In this document: positions 52,552 to 61,397 of the stretch, in pieces | How positions within the stretch are numbered: the stretch's first letter is position 1 | Layout of the letters: the number at the start of each line of letters is the position of its first letter | Source of the DNA: Syntrophaceae bacterium | GTDB taxonomy: Bacteria > Desulfobacterota > BSN033 > UBA1163 | Length of the DNA: 64,000 bases | Assembly: GCA_013388645.1 (NCBI GenBank) | Contig: JACAEV010000230.1 | Coordinates: 1,716-65,715, forward strand | Reading direction: 5' to 3' | Program-made: the position numbers and the translations under genes | Notes under the pieces: generated by a model | Database searches by the model: none | Told to the model about the DNA's origin: nothing | Seen by the model: the letters and a program-made list of their open reading frames with translations, nothing else

Positions 52552-54495
52552 ATGAATCTCTTCTTGCAATTTGTTTATATGATTGCCTTTGGCGCAATGT
52601 GTTGGTCTGTGGGGGACCTACTCCTCAAGGTTTTCTTGAGAAAAAAAGTTGTTTTGCCCACTCTGGGACGTTATAGCCTTTCTTTTGCTACAGGAAATGT
52701 CGCGCTCTCTTATTTTCTAACGGGACTCGGGTTCTTCGGAGGTTTTGTATCTACAGTACTTTGGACAGTATTTATTGGAGGAATTGGAATAACCCTATGG
52801 CATATCGCTGAAGAGTTCATAAAATACACTCGTTCGAGGTCTTCCAGTCAAGAAAGTCAGGAGAAAATAGAAAATAAAGGGGAAAGGGTTCTATTTATTC
52901 TTTTAATGGTAATCATTGGGTTATTTTTTATCTCCGCGATTCTGCAAGCCGCAGCACCACCTTACCTCCGCGACTCTTTGGTCTACCACCTCTTGTGCCC
53001 AAAAGAATATTTGAAAATAGGCCATCTCATGCATATCGAAGGAAATATTTTTTCAGCCTTTCCCAAAGGGCATGAAGTTCTCATGACCCTCCTTTTGTTT
53101 ATAGGAGGTGACCGCGCTGCCCAGGGATTCTCTATTCTCCAACAACTTGCTGCGATTGGGGAACTCTATGGATTGACATACCTAATGGCTGGGAGTTTGT
53201 CAGCTTCGCTCTGTGTCATCGGATACGCCACCGTCCCTCCTGTCATCTACTATTCAGGGTGTGGCTACGTTGAACCAGCTCTTCTCATGACCCTTGGGGC
53301 AAGTCTTTTGGTCTTATTCCTTTTGTTTGAATTCAGAAAAGAAAATAATCTATCTGATAACGAGGGCTTGGAATATATTTCATTACTTGGATTCCTGGCG
53401 GGTTGGTTGCCTGCACTCAAGTATAATGGATTAATTTACCTTGGGTTGATCGGCTTGACCCTCTTGTGGGGATATAGGAGAGTTGCTTTTAAAAAAGCAC
53501 TGAATGTGATTGGGGTGTTTAGCCTTTCTGCGGCACCTGGTTTTTCTTGGATGTCCTGGAACTGGCTAACCCTGGGAAATCCTGTTTATCCCATGGCCTG
53601 GTTTCTTTTTGGCGGAAAAGGTTGGGATGAAACCAGGGCCGTTGCAATGTCGCAGTATTTTGATATTTACGGCATGGGAAGGAATCTATTAGACTACCTA
53701 TTATTACCCTGGCGTTTGGCCTTCTCAGGAAGATTTGATACGATTCGTTTTGATGGCACCATTGGACCATTTCTCATCATTGTTCTTATTTTAGTGATAG
53801 CTGCGATCATAAAATTGATTCATCAGGGATTGAACAACAAGGTGACGAAAGAGACAGGTTTAATGTTCCTTGTATCAACTCTTTTCTTCATATTTGGAAC
53901 CCAGCAGGTTAGGTTCTGGCTCCCTTCTCAAATGTTAGCATGTGTCTTCGTTGCCCCTATCGTAGGGTTACTTGTGGATTTTACTAAAACAAGAAGGATG
54001 TTAAAAATATCCATCATCTTGATTTTGGCTGCGTCACTCGCTTGGAATATATGGTTTCTCGGTAAGCAATTTCTGACGGTTGGTTATTATAGGCCAGTCT
54101 TAGGTATGGAGAAAGAGAAAGATTTTCTAATTCGAAAAGTTCCAGGTTACCCTGCCATAGAATTTATCAACCAGAATCTACCCGCAAGTTCTCATTTGCT
54201 CTGTGTATGGACAGGCACATATGGTTATTACTTAAACCGCAAATATTACTCCGACACTTTCATAGAAGACTTTACTATAAAAAAATTCTTTCAGGCTTCA
54301 ATGAATGGCGAAGAATTATCTCAGAAGTTGACCCAGGCTGGATATACTCACCTATTTTTGAATTTTTTGATATTTGAAAAAAACATGGGGCAAAACGAAC
54401 GACTTATCTTCGATGACTTTTTATTGAAAGGGACCCGTGAGCTTTTTCGATTCCAGAACTTCAGAGTTTTGGAGATTTTCTCCTCATCCCATTGA
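52552..54495 (+). CDS. Large polytopic membrane protein, possible GT-C-type glycosyltransferase or glycan-processing protein
   Basis: At least 12 predicted TM helices over ~480 aa, then a soluble C-terminal domain. No named family recognised. It sits inside the GT2/GT-C cluster. Confidence 0.45.
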   Translation: MNLFLQFVYMIAFGAMCWSVGDLLLKVFLRKKVVLPTLGRYSLSFATGNVALSYFLTGLGFFGGFVSTVLWTVFIGGIGITLWHIAEEFIKYTRSRSSSQESQEKIENKGERVLFILLMVIIGLFFISAILQAAAPPYLRDSLVYHLLCPKEYLKIGHLMHIEGNIFSAFPKGHEVLMTLLLFIGGDRAAQGFSILQQLAAIGELYGLTYLMAGSLSASLCVIGYATVPPVIYYSGCGYVEPALLMTLGASLLVLFLLFEFRKENNLSDNEGLEYISLLGFLAGWLPALKYNGLIYLGLIGLTLLWGYRRVAFKKALNVIGVFSLSAAPGFSWMSWNWLTLGNPVYPMAWFLFGGKGWDETRAVAMSQYFDIYGMGRNLLDYLLLPWRLAFSGRFDTIRFDGTIGPFLIIVLILVIAAIIKLIHQGLNNKVTKETGLMFLVSTLFFIFGTQQVRFWLPSQMLACVFVAPIVGLLVDFTKTRRMLKISIILILAASLAWNIWFLGKQFLTVGYYRPVLGMEKEKDFLIRKVPGYPAIEFINQNLPASSHLLCVWTGTYGYYLNRKYYSDTFIEDFTIKKFFQASMNGEELSQKLTQAGYTHLFLNFLIFEKNMGQNERLIFDDFLLKGTRELFRFQNFRVLEIFSSSH

Positions 54496-54498
54496 AAT

Positions 54499-56046
54499 TC
54501 ATTCGATCGGTATATCAATCCCTCTTTCTCCTGGGGATTTAGGGTCCCAGAGAAAAAGATACATGGAGGCATCAGTTGGAAATTTATTGAAATTGAGAAA
54601 ACTTCCATCAAAATAACCCTTTAAAACAGCTGGAGAGTTTCCCTTCAATTTTTTCGCAGTCTTTTCTCCTGTAACAATCCATAATCGGCTACCATCTTCA
54701 ATATATCTGGTACAACAGGTTTTGGAATAATATATCGTATATTTCTTATTTTGAAAAATGAACGATTTTCTGAACTCAATCTCATTTTCTGAAATTTTAA
54801 AATAGGGAATCGAATAATGCCGTCCTTCAGGATATACCCCAAAATAATGAAGGATGCCTGGCATATAAGCCATGTCGCTATCAAAAAGTTTATCTCCCTC
54901 TCGAAGCTGATTTTTTAAGTAACTGACAAGGCCCCTGAAATCCTCCTTCTCAGCGTGGTAATAAGGTGGAAGAATCACAAGATTAGATGCGATAAAGAGG
55001 ATAACAAAAAGGAGTCTTAGTCGCATTATTTTTTTTAATTTTTCAAATCTATTTTCAATAGCACTAAGGGACATATATAGGGTAATAAGGAAAAGAGGCA
55101 AAAAACTGATAAGATACCTCGAGGTAATGAAATGGAAAATATTAAATAATCTACAAAACAGAAATAGTCCGCCGATCGGTAAGATGAAAAGACCAAAAAG
55201 AATAAGTGCATTCGTCCAAGGTTTTGAAACGAGAAGCAAAGAAATCGAAAGGACTACCGAAACAACCGTGAGAGGGGCATAGGGTGCCCAATCATTTAAC
55301 ACATTAGATAAAATACTCCAAAGAGGGGTAATAACCTTGAGTTCGTAAGGATGGATCATAGATTGACCATGGTAATTTAGGGCCAAGAAAAGTATCCAGG
55401 GAATACAGAGCAAAAGGAGGATACTATTTAAAATTAAAAAATAATAAAAGCGAGGTTTTTTATTTTGCCCATTCACTTGATAGAACCATAAAATCTGGGA
55501 CAGTATAATAAATAAGATGGTGCTATAACTCGTGTAGAATAATGTCGCAAAGGGAAAAGGGATCATTACCAAATATCGTTTTTTTGAAGTCTTCAAATAT
55601 TTTATAAAAAAATAAAGGCTCAAAATCCCTAAAAACATTGTCAGTGAATAGGCTCGTCCATCTTGGGAAAGGCTGATGTGATAGGCCATGAAGGTTAAGG
55701 AAATTGCACATGGAAGGCCAATAGCTGGAGAAAATAATCTTGCAAGCAGATAGATCATAGGGATGGAAAGGGTTCCGAAAATTAAAGGAATGATACGAAG
55801 ATCTCGTTCAGGCTTTGTAAATGGATGAAATAAATGAGTAAGAATAAAAAAGAGGGGAGGGTGAAGGTAGGTCGGGTTTTCTTTATAATATTTTAGTTGG
55901 TTTTGGATGTCATCTCGCGAGTCATTGAAAGTGTGAATTTCATCAAGCCATAGAGACTTTTGATCATAAGTATAGATCCGCAGGGTAAAACCTATGAGGA
56001 GGCAAAGAATCAGAATAAATATTTCTTTCCGCTTTGGGTTATTCAT
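54499..56046 (-). CDS. GT-C family glycosyltransferase (GT39/ArnT/PMT_2-like), paralog 1
   Basis: First-loop W.DEIHT..DSRDD acidic motif, YLHPPLFF, at least 10 TM helices, and a C-terminal periplasmic domain. Track TTG at 56121 is replaced by ATG 56046, based on alignment to paralog 2 (MNNPKRKEIFILILCLLIGF vs MNKIVKKDILILILCLIIGF). Confidence 0.65.
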   Translation of the reverse strand: MNNPKRKEIFILILCLLIGFTLRIYTYDQKSLWLDEIHTFNDSRDDIQNQLKYYKENPTYLHPPLFFILTHLFHPFTKPERDLRIIPLIFGTLSIPMIYLLARLFSPAIGLPCAISLTFMAYHISLSQDGRAYSLTMFLGILSLYFFIKYLKTSKKRYLVMIPFPFATLFYTSYSTILFIILSQILWFYQVNGQNKKPRFYYFLILNSILLLLCIPWILFLALNYHGQSMIHPYELKVITPLWSILSNVLNDWAPYAPLTVVSVVLSISLLLVSKPWTNALILFGLFILPIGGLFLFCRLFNIFHFITSRYLISFLPLFLITLYMSLSAIENRFEKLKKIMRLRLLFVILFIASNLVILPPYYHAEKEDFRGLVSYLKNQLREGDKLFDSDMAYMPGILHYFGVYPEGRHYSIPYFKISENEIEFRKSFIFQNKKYTIYYSKTCCTRYIEDGSRLWIVTGEKTAKKLKGNSPAVLKGYFDGSFLNFNKFPTDASMYLFLWDPKSPGERGIDIPIE

Positions 56047-56124
56047 AACAAGCTTATTATTACACCCTGAACATAGCCCTTTTACAAAACAGGCCTCTTG
56101 ACCGTCAGGTAAGGTCTGCAATAT

Positions 56125-57684
56125 TCATTCAATCGGAATATCAATTCCTTTCTCTCCGGGTGATTTGGGATCCCAAAGAAAAAGATACATGGAGGCATCG
56201 CTCGGGAATCTCCTAAACATAGCAAAACTTCCATCAAAATATCCTTTCAAAACACAGGATGGATTTTTCTTCAATTCATCTACCCCAGGCCCTTTTCCGA
56301 GAAGAATCCATAACCGGTTTCCATCTTCGACATATTGAGCATAGGGAATATTCGAATGATAGATAGGAAAATTTCTGTTTTGGGCAATGAGAGACACTTT
56401 AAACTCAAACAGCTTCCCTGGTTCTTTCCATGAGAAGGGAATAACATAATGCCGATTTACTGGATCAACATTGAAATAATGGAGAATCCCAGGAATGTAA
56501 GTATATGTTCCAACAACAAGCTTATCTCCATCTCGAAGGTGGTTATTTAAATAATTCACTAAGCTCCTAAAATCCTGCTTCTCAGAATGATAATAAGGGA
56601 AAAGAATTATGAGATTTGACAAAATAAACAGGATGAGAAATAAATGCTTTGGTCCCAGCCGAATAAATCCTTTTAATTTTTCAAATTTTAATTCTATTGT
56701 ATCAAGGGATAGGTACAAAGTTATAAGAAATAAAGGAAGAAAATTGATATAGTATCTGGATGTAATAAACTGGGTCACCTTTAGTAATTTACAGTATAAA
56801 TAAAGTCCTCCGATAGGGAGAATAAAAAGGGCTACGAGGATCAAACTGTTTTTTTTATTTTTAGAAAAAATTGGGAAAAGAATTAATAGAATCAGGGAAA
56901 CAATGCTCAAAGGCGGAAGTGGTGCCCAATCATTAAACATCCCTAACATGATATTTGGAAAAGAGTCAATATCTTGAATAGTAATAGGATCCATAACCGG
57001 TTGACCTTTGTAGTTCAATACAATAAAAAGAATCCACGGAAAACAAAGAGATAGGGTTAATCCGATTAACAGGGAAAGGGAAGAAATAATGGATTTCGTT
57101 TTCTTTTCATTCAATTGATAGAGCCAAACCAATTGGCTAAAAACAATAAATATAATAGTGCTGTAACTCATGTAAAATAAAGTGGCAAAAAAGAAAGCGG
57201 CAGGAATAAGGTATCGCTTTTCTGATGTCTTAAGGTGCCTCATTAATAAATAAAGAGCTGCCATCCCAAAAAACATGATCAAAGAATACATTCGGCCATC
57301 CTGGGAAAAGTAAATATGGTATGTCATGAAAGTCAAAGATAGGGTACATGGAAGGGCGATGGCAGAAGAAAACAATCTTGACAAGAAATAAAACATTGGC
57401 ATTGAAAGGACTCCGAAGATTAAAGGGAGAATGCGAAGGTCTTTTTCTGGCTTTGTAAATGGATAGAATGTGTGAGTGAGAACAAAAAAAAGTGGAGGGT
57501 GAAGATAGGTTGGGTTGTCTTTGTAATATTTCAATTGTCCCTGGATGTCATCTCTTGAATCATTATAAGTATGGATTTCATCAATCCAGAGAGATTTTTG
57601 GTCGAAGGTATAGAATCGCAGGGCGAATCCTATAATGAGACATAGAATAAGAATGAGGATATCTTTCTTCACAATTTTATTCAT
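56125..57684 (-). CDS. GT-C family glycosyltransferase (GT39/ArnT/PMT_2-like), paralog 2
   Basis: Same architecture as paralog 1. The ends are near-identical (...ASMYLFLWDPKSPGEKGIDIPIE). Confidence 0.65.
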   Translation of the reverse strand: MNKIVKKDILILILCLIIGFALRFYTFDQKSLWIDEIHTYNDSRDDIQGQLKYYKDNPTYLHPPLFFVLTHTFYPFTKPEKDLRILPLIFGVLSMPMFYFLSRLFSSAIALPCTLSLTFMTYHIYFSQDGRMYSLIMFFGMAALYLLMRHLKTSEKRYLIPAAFFFATLFYMSYSTIIFIVFSQLVWLYQLNEKKTKSIISSLSLLIGLTLSLCFPWILFIVLNYKGQPVMDPITIQDIDSFPNIMLGMFNDWAPLPPLSIVSLILLILFPIFSKNKKNSLILVALFILPIGGLYLYCKLLKVTQFITSRYYINFLPLFLITLYLSLDTIELKFEKLKGFIRLGPKHLFLILFILSNLIILFPYYHSEKQDFRSLVNYLNNHLRDGDKLVVGTYTYIPGILHYFNVDPVNRHYVIPFSWKEPGKLFEFKVSLIAQNRNFPIYHSNIPYAQYVEDGNRLWILLGKGPGVDELKKNPSCVLKGYFDGSFAMFRRFPSDASMYLFLWDPKSPGEKGIDIPIE

Positions 57685-57804
57685 TCGGGCAGTCCCACTT
57701 TAAGATGCTCCATTTTTTATAGCAATAATTAAGCCAATTGATTTCTTACGGGAGTGGACATTGGGATTTTGAAAGGCCCCTTCAATATCATAAGGCATCG
57801 CTTT

Positions 57805-58596
57805 TTAATTTTTTTTAAGACGAATCACATATCTTAATGGAAACCAAAAAAAAGGAATTCTCTTTACCCGGGTCACCTTGAAAGACTTTGCAAAAAGGCT
57901 ACGCCACATCTTCAATGTGTAAGTATGGAGATGCCATTCATCCTCCATTCTTTCAGGCATTTCTCCATACTCCGCCTTTCTACGGAGCAACCAGTTAAAT
58001 ATTCCAATCTTTATCAAGATCCTTTTGGTTCGATTAATCCAAATTTCATTGGGTATTGAGATGACTGCTACACCATTGAAGTCTAAAGTCCTTTTCATTT
58101 CATGGATCGCAATCAAAGGATCTAAGAGGTGTTCAAGAACCTCCGAACAAATAATATGTGTAAATATTTCATCTTTACAAGGAAGATTCTGAACATCTGC
58201 CTGGAAGAAGTGTACGACCCCTTTAAGTTTCTGGTTTGCTTTGCCCAGGATAAAACTGGAAATATCAACACCAAATAACTTTCCTTCGGTTACATCTTTG
58301 ATTACGTTACCCGCCCCACAGCCGACTTCGATAACACGGTCATCTTTATTAGTTTTCAATAGTTTGATGATAGTTTTAACCCTTTTACGTTCGATAAAAC
58401 GAACAAAGGGATTGGGATGCTTATGAAATGCATCTGGATCATACTTTTTCACCATCAATTCATTCCATTGTCTAAATTCTTCAGGTTTGATTCTGTTCAA
58501 GAAGATCCCTTCTTTTCTAATGAAATCTAATGAAACTGAATATACATAAAGAAATGTTGGAATTAATTTCTTTATGAACTGCTTGGTTTTTATCAT
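57805..58596 (-). CDS. Class I SAM-dependent methyltransferase
   Basis: Motif I VIEVGCGAGNV, motif II (D...VQNLP) and motif III (IICSEVLEHL). ATG at 58596 has an AAAAGGA RBS; the track start is 58671. Confidence 0.65.
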   Translation of the reverse strand: MIKTKQFIKKLIPTFLYVYSVSLDFIRKEGIFLNRIKPEEFRQWNELMVKKYDPDAFHKHPNPFVRFIERKRVKTIIKLLKTNKDDRVIEVGCGAGNVIKDVTEGKLFGVDISSFILGKANQKLKGVVHFFQADVQNLPCKDEIFTHIICSEVLEHLLDPLIAIHEMKRTLDFNGVAVISIPNEIWINRTKRILIKIGIFNWLLRRKAEYGEMPERMEDEWHLHTYTLKMWRSLFAKSFKVTRVKRIPFFWFPLRYVIRLKKN

Positions 58597-58873
58597 AATC
58601 AATCCTTTTAAGTCAAACCTATAAATATTTACAGAGATTTGAACCAGAAAGATTACTTGTATATGAATCATTGGAATCCATCTTTAAGGATTTTGTTTTT
58701 AGAGACTATTGTTAACAAAAATTGTCATTAAAAAGACAAAAAGTGTGAATTATTCTCGAATTTAAAGACTGAAAGAACTCACTTGTTATATTTTCAAAAA
58801 ATAAAGAGTAATAAAAATGAAAGAACATTAAATAGTTATATCTTTTTATCAAATATTCTATAAGCATCAAGTG

Positions 58874-58891
58874 TTGGCACAAAATATGCTA
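58874..58891 (+). promoter_or_regulatory. Candidate sigma-54 (-24/-12) promoter upstream of the pilin genes
   Basis: TTGGCACaaaatATGCT has GG and GC separated by exactly 10 nt, as in the TGGCAC-N5-TTGC consensus. A sigma-54 activator, PilR, is encoded in the window. Confidence 0.5.
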
Positions 58892-59034
58892 AATCATAAA
58901 CATAAAAATTTTAAGAAGGAGGTGAATATAAAAGATAAAAGAGCAGATAGTTTTATAAGATGTTATAGGAGTAGGTGAACACGTTACCAAAAAAAACCAG
59001 ACAAACTAAATAGACCAAAAAGGAGGTTTTAATT

Positions 59035-59466
59035 ATGTTAAGGAGAGAAAAAGGTTTTACATTGATTGAGTTGTTGATCGTTATTGCCATCATCGGTATT
59101 TTGGCCGCTATCGCCATTCCGATGTATAAGACACAGACAATCAAAGCGAAAATGACAGAAGTCACAAATGGGATGAGTAATGTGGCAAGCGCAGTGGCTG
59201 CCTATATGCAGGAAACAGGCGGTTGGCCTACTGCTGGATCTGCAGCACTAATTCAGAGTAGCTTAGGTGTATCAACCGGAGCCCTATCAAGAATTTCCTC
59301 TCTCGCAGTAAATCAAGGTGTAATTACTGCAGTGGTAACAGCTATTGATGCAACCGTTGATGGCAGAAATTTAGTTATGACTCCGACTTCAAATGCAGAT
59401 GGCTCTATAATCTGGAACTGGACCACTACAAACAATATGCCACCTGCGTATATTCCTAAACGGTAA
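59035..59466 (+). CDS. pilA: Type IVa major pilin (PilA-like)
   Basis: Prepilin leader MLRREKG|[22 protein letters not shown] with Glu at +5. AAAGGAGG RBS. The C-terminal segment is Ser/Thr-rich (TPTSNADGS...WTTTNN). Confidence 0.85.
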   Translation: MLRREKGFTLIELLIVIAIIGILAAIAIPMYKTQTIKAKMTEVTNGMSNVASAVAAYMQETGGWPTAGSAALIQSSLGVSTGALSRISSLAVNQGVITAVVTAIDATVDGRNLVMTPTSNADGSIIWNWTTTNNMPPAYIPKR

Positions 59467-59496
59467 TTTAAAAATTCGTGGAGTTTAACTTTCTCT

Positions 59497-59552
59497 TTTG
59501 TTGGTGCTCGAAGACTGTTAATTTCTTCGGGCACCAACAAATCTTTTTTATT
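59497..59552 (+). terminator. Rho-independent terminator between pilin 1 and pilin 2
   Basis: TTGTTGGTGCTCGAAG...CTTCGGGCACCAACAA stem (one G-U) followed by ATCTTTTTTATT. Confidence 0.7.
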
Positions 59553-59589
59553 GTGAAAGTAAATCTTTACTGTGCAGTAAGGATTTAAA

Positions 59590-60033
59590 GTGAAAAAAAA
59601 TAACCCAGGCTTTACTCTGATTGAATTATTAGTGGTTATTGCAATCATAGGCATTTTGGCCGCTGTTGCGCTTCCAATGTACAGAGGCTATACGGTTATG
59701 GCTAAATTGTCTGAAGTGGAGAATGCAATGTCCACTGTTGCAAGTGGCCTTACAGGATATTATCACGAACAAAATTCTTGGCCTGATTGTCCTACGATAA
59801 ATGAGGTCAGAAACAGTTTGGGGGTGTCATTGGGGGCAATCTCACGGGTTTCTGCATTATCTGTTTCAGGTGTGAATGGAATGATTACAGCAACAATACA
59901 AGATATTCATTTTATGGTGGACGGAAAAACATTAACATTGACACCGAGTACAAGTAACGATAGTTCAATAACTTGGAATTGGGGATGGTCCCTTGATTTT
60001 CCTCCTCAGTTTAGACCTAAAAGTGGCAGGTAA
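59590..60033 (+). CDS. Type IVa pilin paralog
   Basis: MKKNNPG|[25 protein letters not shown] start with AAGGA RBS. C-terminal S/T-rich [14 protein letters not shown] parallels pilin 1. Confidence 0.8.
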   Translation: MKKNNPGFTLIELLVVIAIIGILAAVALPMYRGYTVMAKLSEVENAMSTVASGLTGYYHEQNSWPDCPTINEVRNSLGVSLGAISRVSALSVSGVNGMITATIQDIHFMVDGKTLTLTPSTSNDSSITWNWGWSLDFPPQFRPKSGR

Positions 60034-60035
60034 AG

Positions 60036-60425
60036 ATGAAATCAAAAAAAGGAATTACATTGATAGAATTATTGGTCGTGATCGTGATTGTAGGTGTTCT
60101 TGCAGCCATAGCTGTTCCTCTTTATACGAATTATATGCAAAGAGCCCGGAGAGCCGATGCCAAAACAGCATTGGAGCAGTTAAGGGCAGCACAAGAGATG
60201 TTTAGGGCAGAAAGAGGGGTTTATTCCACGGATATCGCCCAGCTGAGAGGAACATGGGGGGTACCTGCTGTATCCGGAGATTATGCTATATTATTAAACT
60301 CAGCAACCGCAACCACTTTTCTTGGGCAAGCTGATCCGAGTGGAAGTCCAAGGCAGGCGAGTGACGGAAGCTTATTTATTAATCAGGATGGGGTTAAAAC
60401 CCCTGCGGACAAATGGGCCAAATGA
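60036..60425 (+). CDS. Minor pilin, PilE/FimT-like
   Basis: MKSKKG|[22 protein letters not shown]; YTNYMQRARRADAKTALEQL resembles the PilE/FimT-type minor-pilin motif. It overlaps the pilin 2 stop. Confidence 0.7.
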   Translation: MKSKKGITLIELLVVIVIVGVLAAIAVPLYTNYMQRARRADAKTALEQLRAAQEMFRAERGVYSTDIAQLRGTWGVPAVSGDYAILLNSATATTFLGQADPSGSPRQASDGSLFINQDGVKTPADKWAK

Positions 60426-60563
60426 AGTATTTTCCATGGATTAAAGGAATGGTGGAAGAATGGAATGATGGGAAAGGAAAGGGCAGGGGGAATAATGGAA
60501 GGGTGGAAGGATGGGTAAAATAACATAAAACATAGGGCATAGAGTATAGAGCTAACTAAATAG

Positions 60564-60598
60564 AAAGCAAGATAATGATTTATCTTGCTTTTTTTATT
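60564..60598 (+). terminator. Rho-independent terminator after the pilin operon
   Basis: AAGCAAGATA...TATCTTGCTT stem followed by TTTTTTTATTT. Confidence 0.6.
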
Positions 60599-60619
60599 TA
60601 ATCGATATAATAAGGAATA

Positions 60620-60974
60620 ATGAAACCAGAAATACAGGAAAAAAGCGGCCATTGGGCAAAGGCGAGGATGCGCAGTCATTCTTCACGGTTATTACAGAAC
60701 AACACACGATATTGATCTCCTTGTGGATTCTTCCATAGAGAATATAAAACGATTAAAGAAAGCCTTTCAGGATTTATTTAAATCTGATGAAATATCTGAA
60801 GTTCGCGATGTCGATATAGATCAGTATGCCGTTGTCAGATTCGCTCCGGAATCCAAAGAGATCGTGATTGACATGATCGGTAAGATAAAGAGGACCTGCT
60901 CTTTCTATTGGGGGAAAAAGAATACCTTGAAAAATAATTATAACTATTTATCATTTAACGTCCATATTTCCTAA
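60620..60974 (+). pseudogene. Nucleotidyltransferase-like gene interrupted by a +1 frameshift at an A6 tract
   Basis: ATG at 60620 (MKPEIQEK) is in frame A. After the A6 run at 60639-60644, frame B encodes AAIGQRRGCAVILHGYYRTTHDIDLLVDSS..., an NTase-like G..R.....DIDLLV motif. Frame B has no ATG before GTG 60723. Confidence 0.4.
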
Positions 60975-60986
60975 AAGGTCATATGC

Positions 60987-61397
60987 ATGGCTGAATTCAA
61001 AACAGAGCAAGTAAAGGACAAGCTGGCGCCAATATTTAAGGAAGAAGGGCTACAGCTCGTTTTGCTTTTTGGATCTGTTGCTTCGGGAAAAGAATACAAA
61101 AAAAGCGATATCGACCTTGGATTCTTATTTGATAGACCTATTGATATATTAGCCCTTACTAATCGAGTGATTCAGCTTTTGAAAACGGATAAAGTTGATG
61201 TGGTTGATTTAAGGCGTGCAAGTCCCCTTTTGAAATTTTCAGCAATCCGACAGGGAAAACTGCTTTTTGAACAGACCTTGGGTCTTTTCAATGTCTTTCA
61301 GTCTTTAACTTTCCGAATATATGTTGATACAAAAAAATTACGTGATGCGCAGGAAAAGGCAATTCAAAATTTTCTTGGAGAAAGAGGACTTATATGA
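60987..61397 (+). CDS. mntA: MntA-type nucleotidyltransferase antitoxin (type VII TA)
   Basis: LFGSVASGKEYKKSDIDLGF gives the GS...DxD Pol-beta NTase motif. 136 aa. Confidence 0.8.
   Translation: MAEFKTEQVKDKLAPIFKEEGLQLVLLFGSVASGKEYKKSDIDLGFLFDRPIDILALTNRVIQLLKTDKVDVVDLRRASPLLKFSAIRQGKLLFEQTLGLFNVFQSLTFRIYVDTKKLRDAQEKAIQNFLGERGLI

Noticed and set aside
56047-56121. TTG-initiated 25-aa extension (MQTLPDGQEACFVKGLCSGCNNKLV) on GT-C paralog 1
   Set aside because: It is absent from paralog 2. The alignment of the two N-termini begins exactly at the internal ATG (56046).
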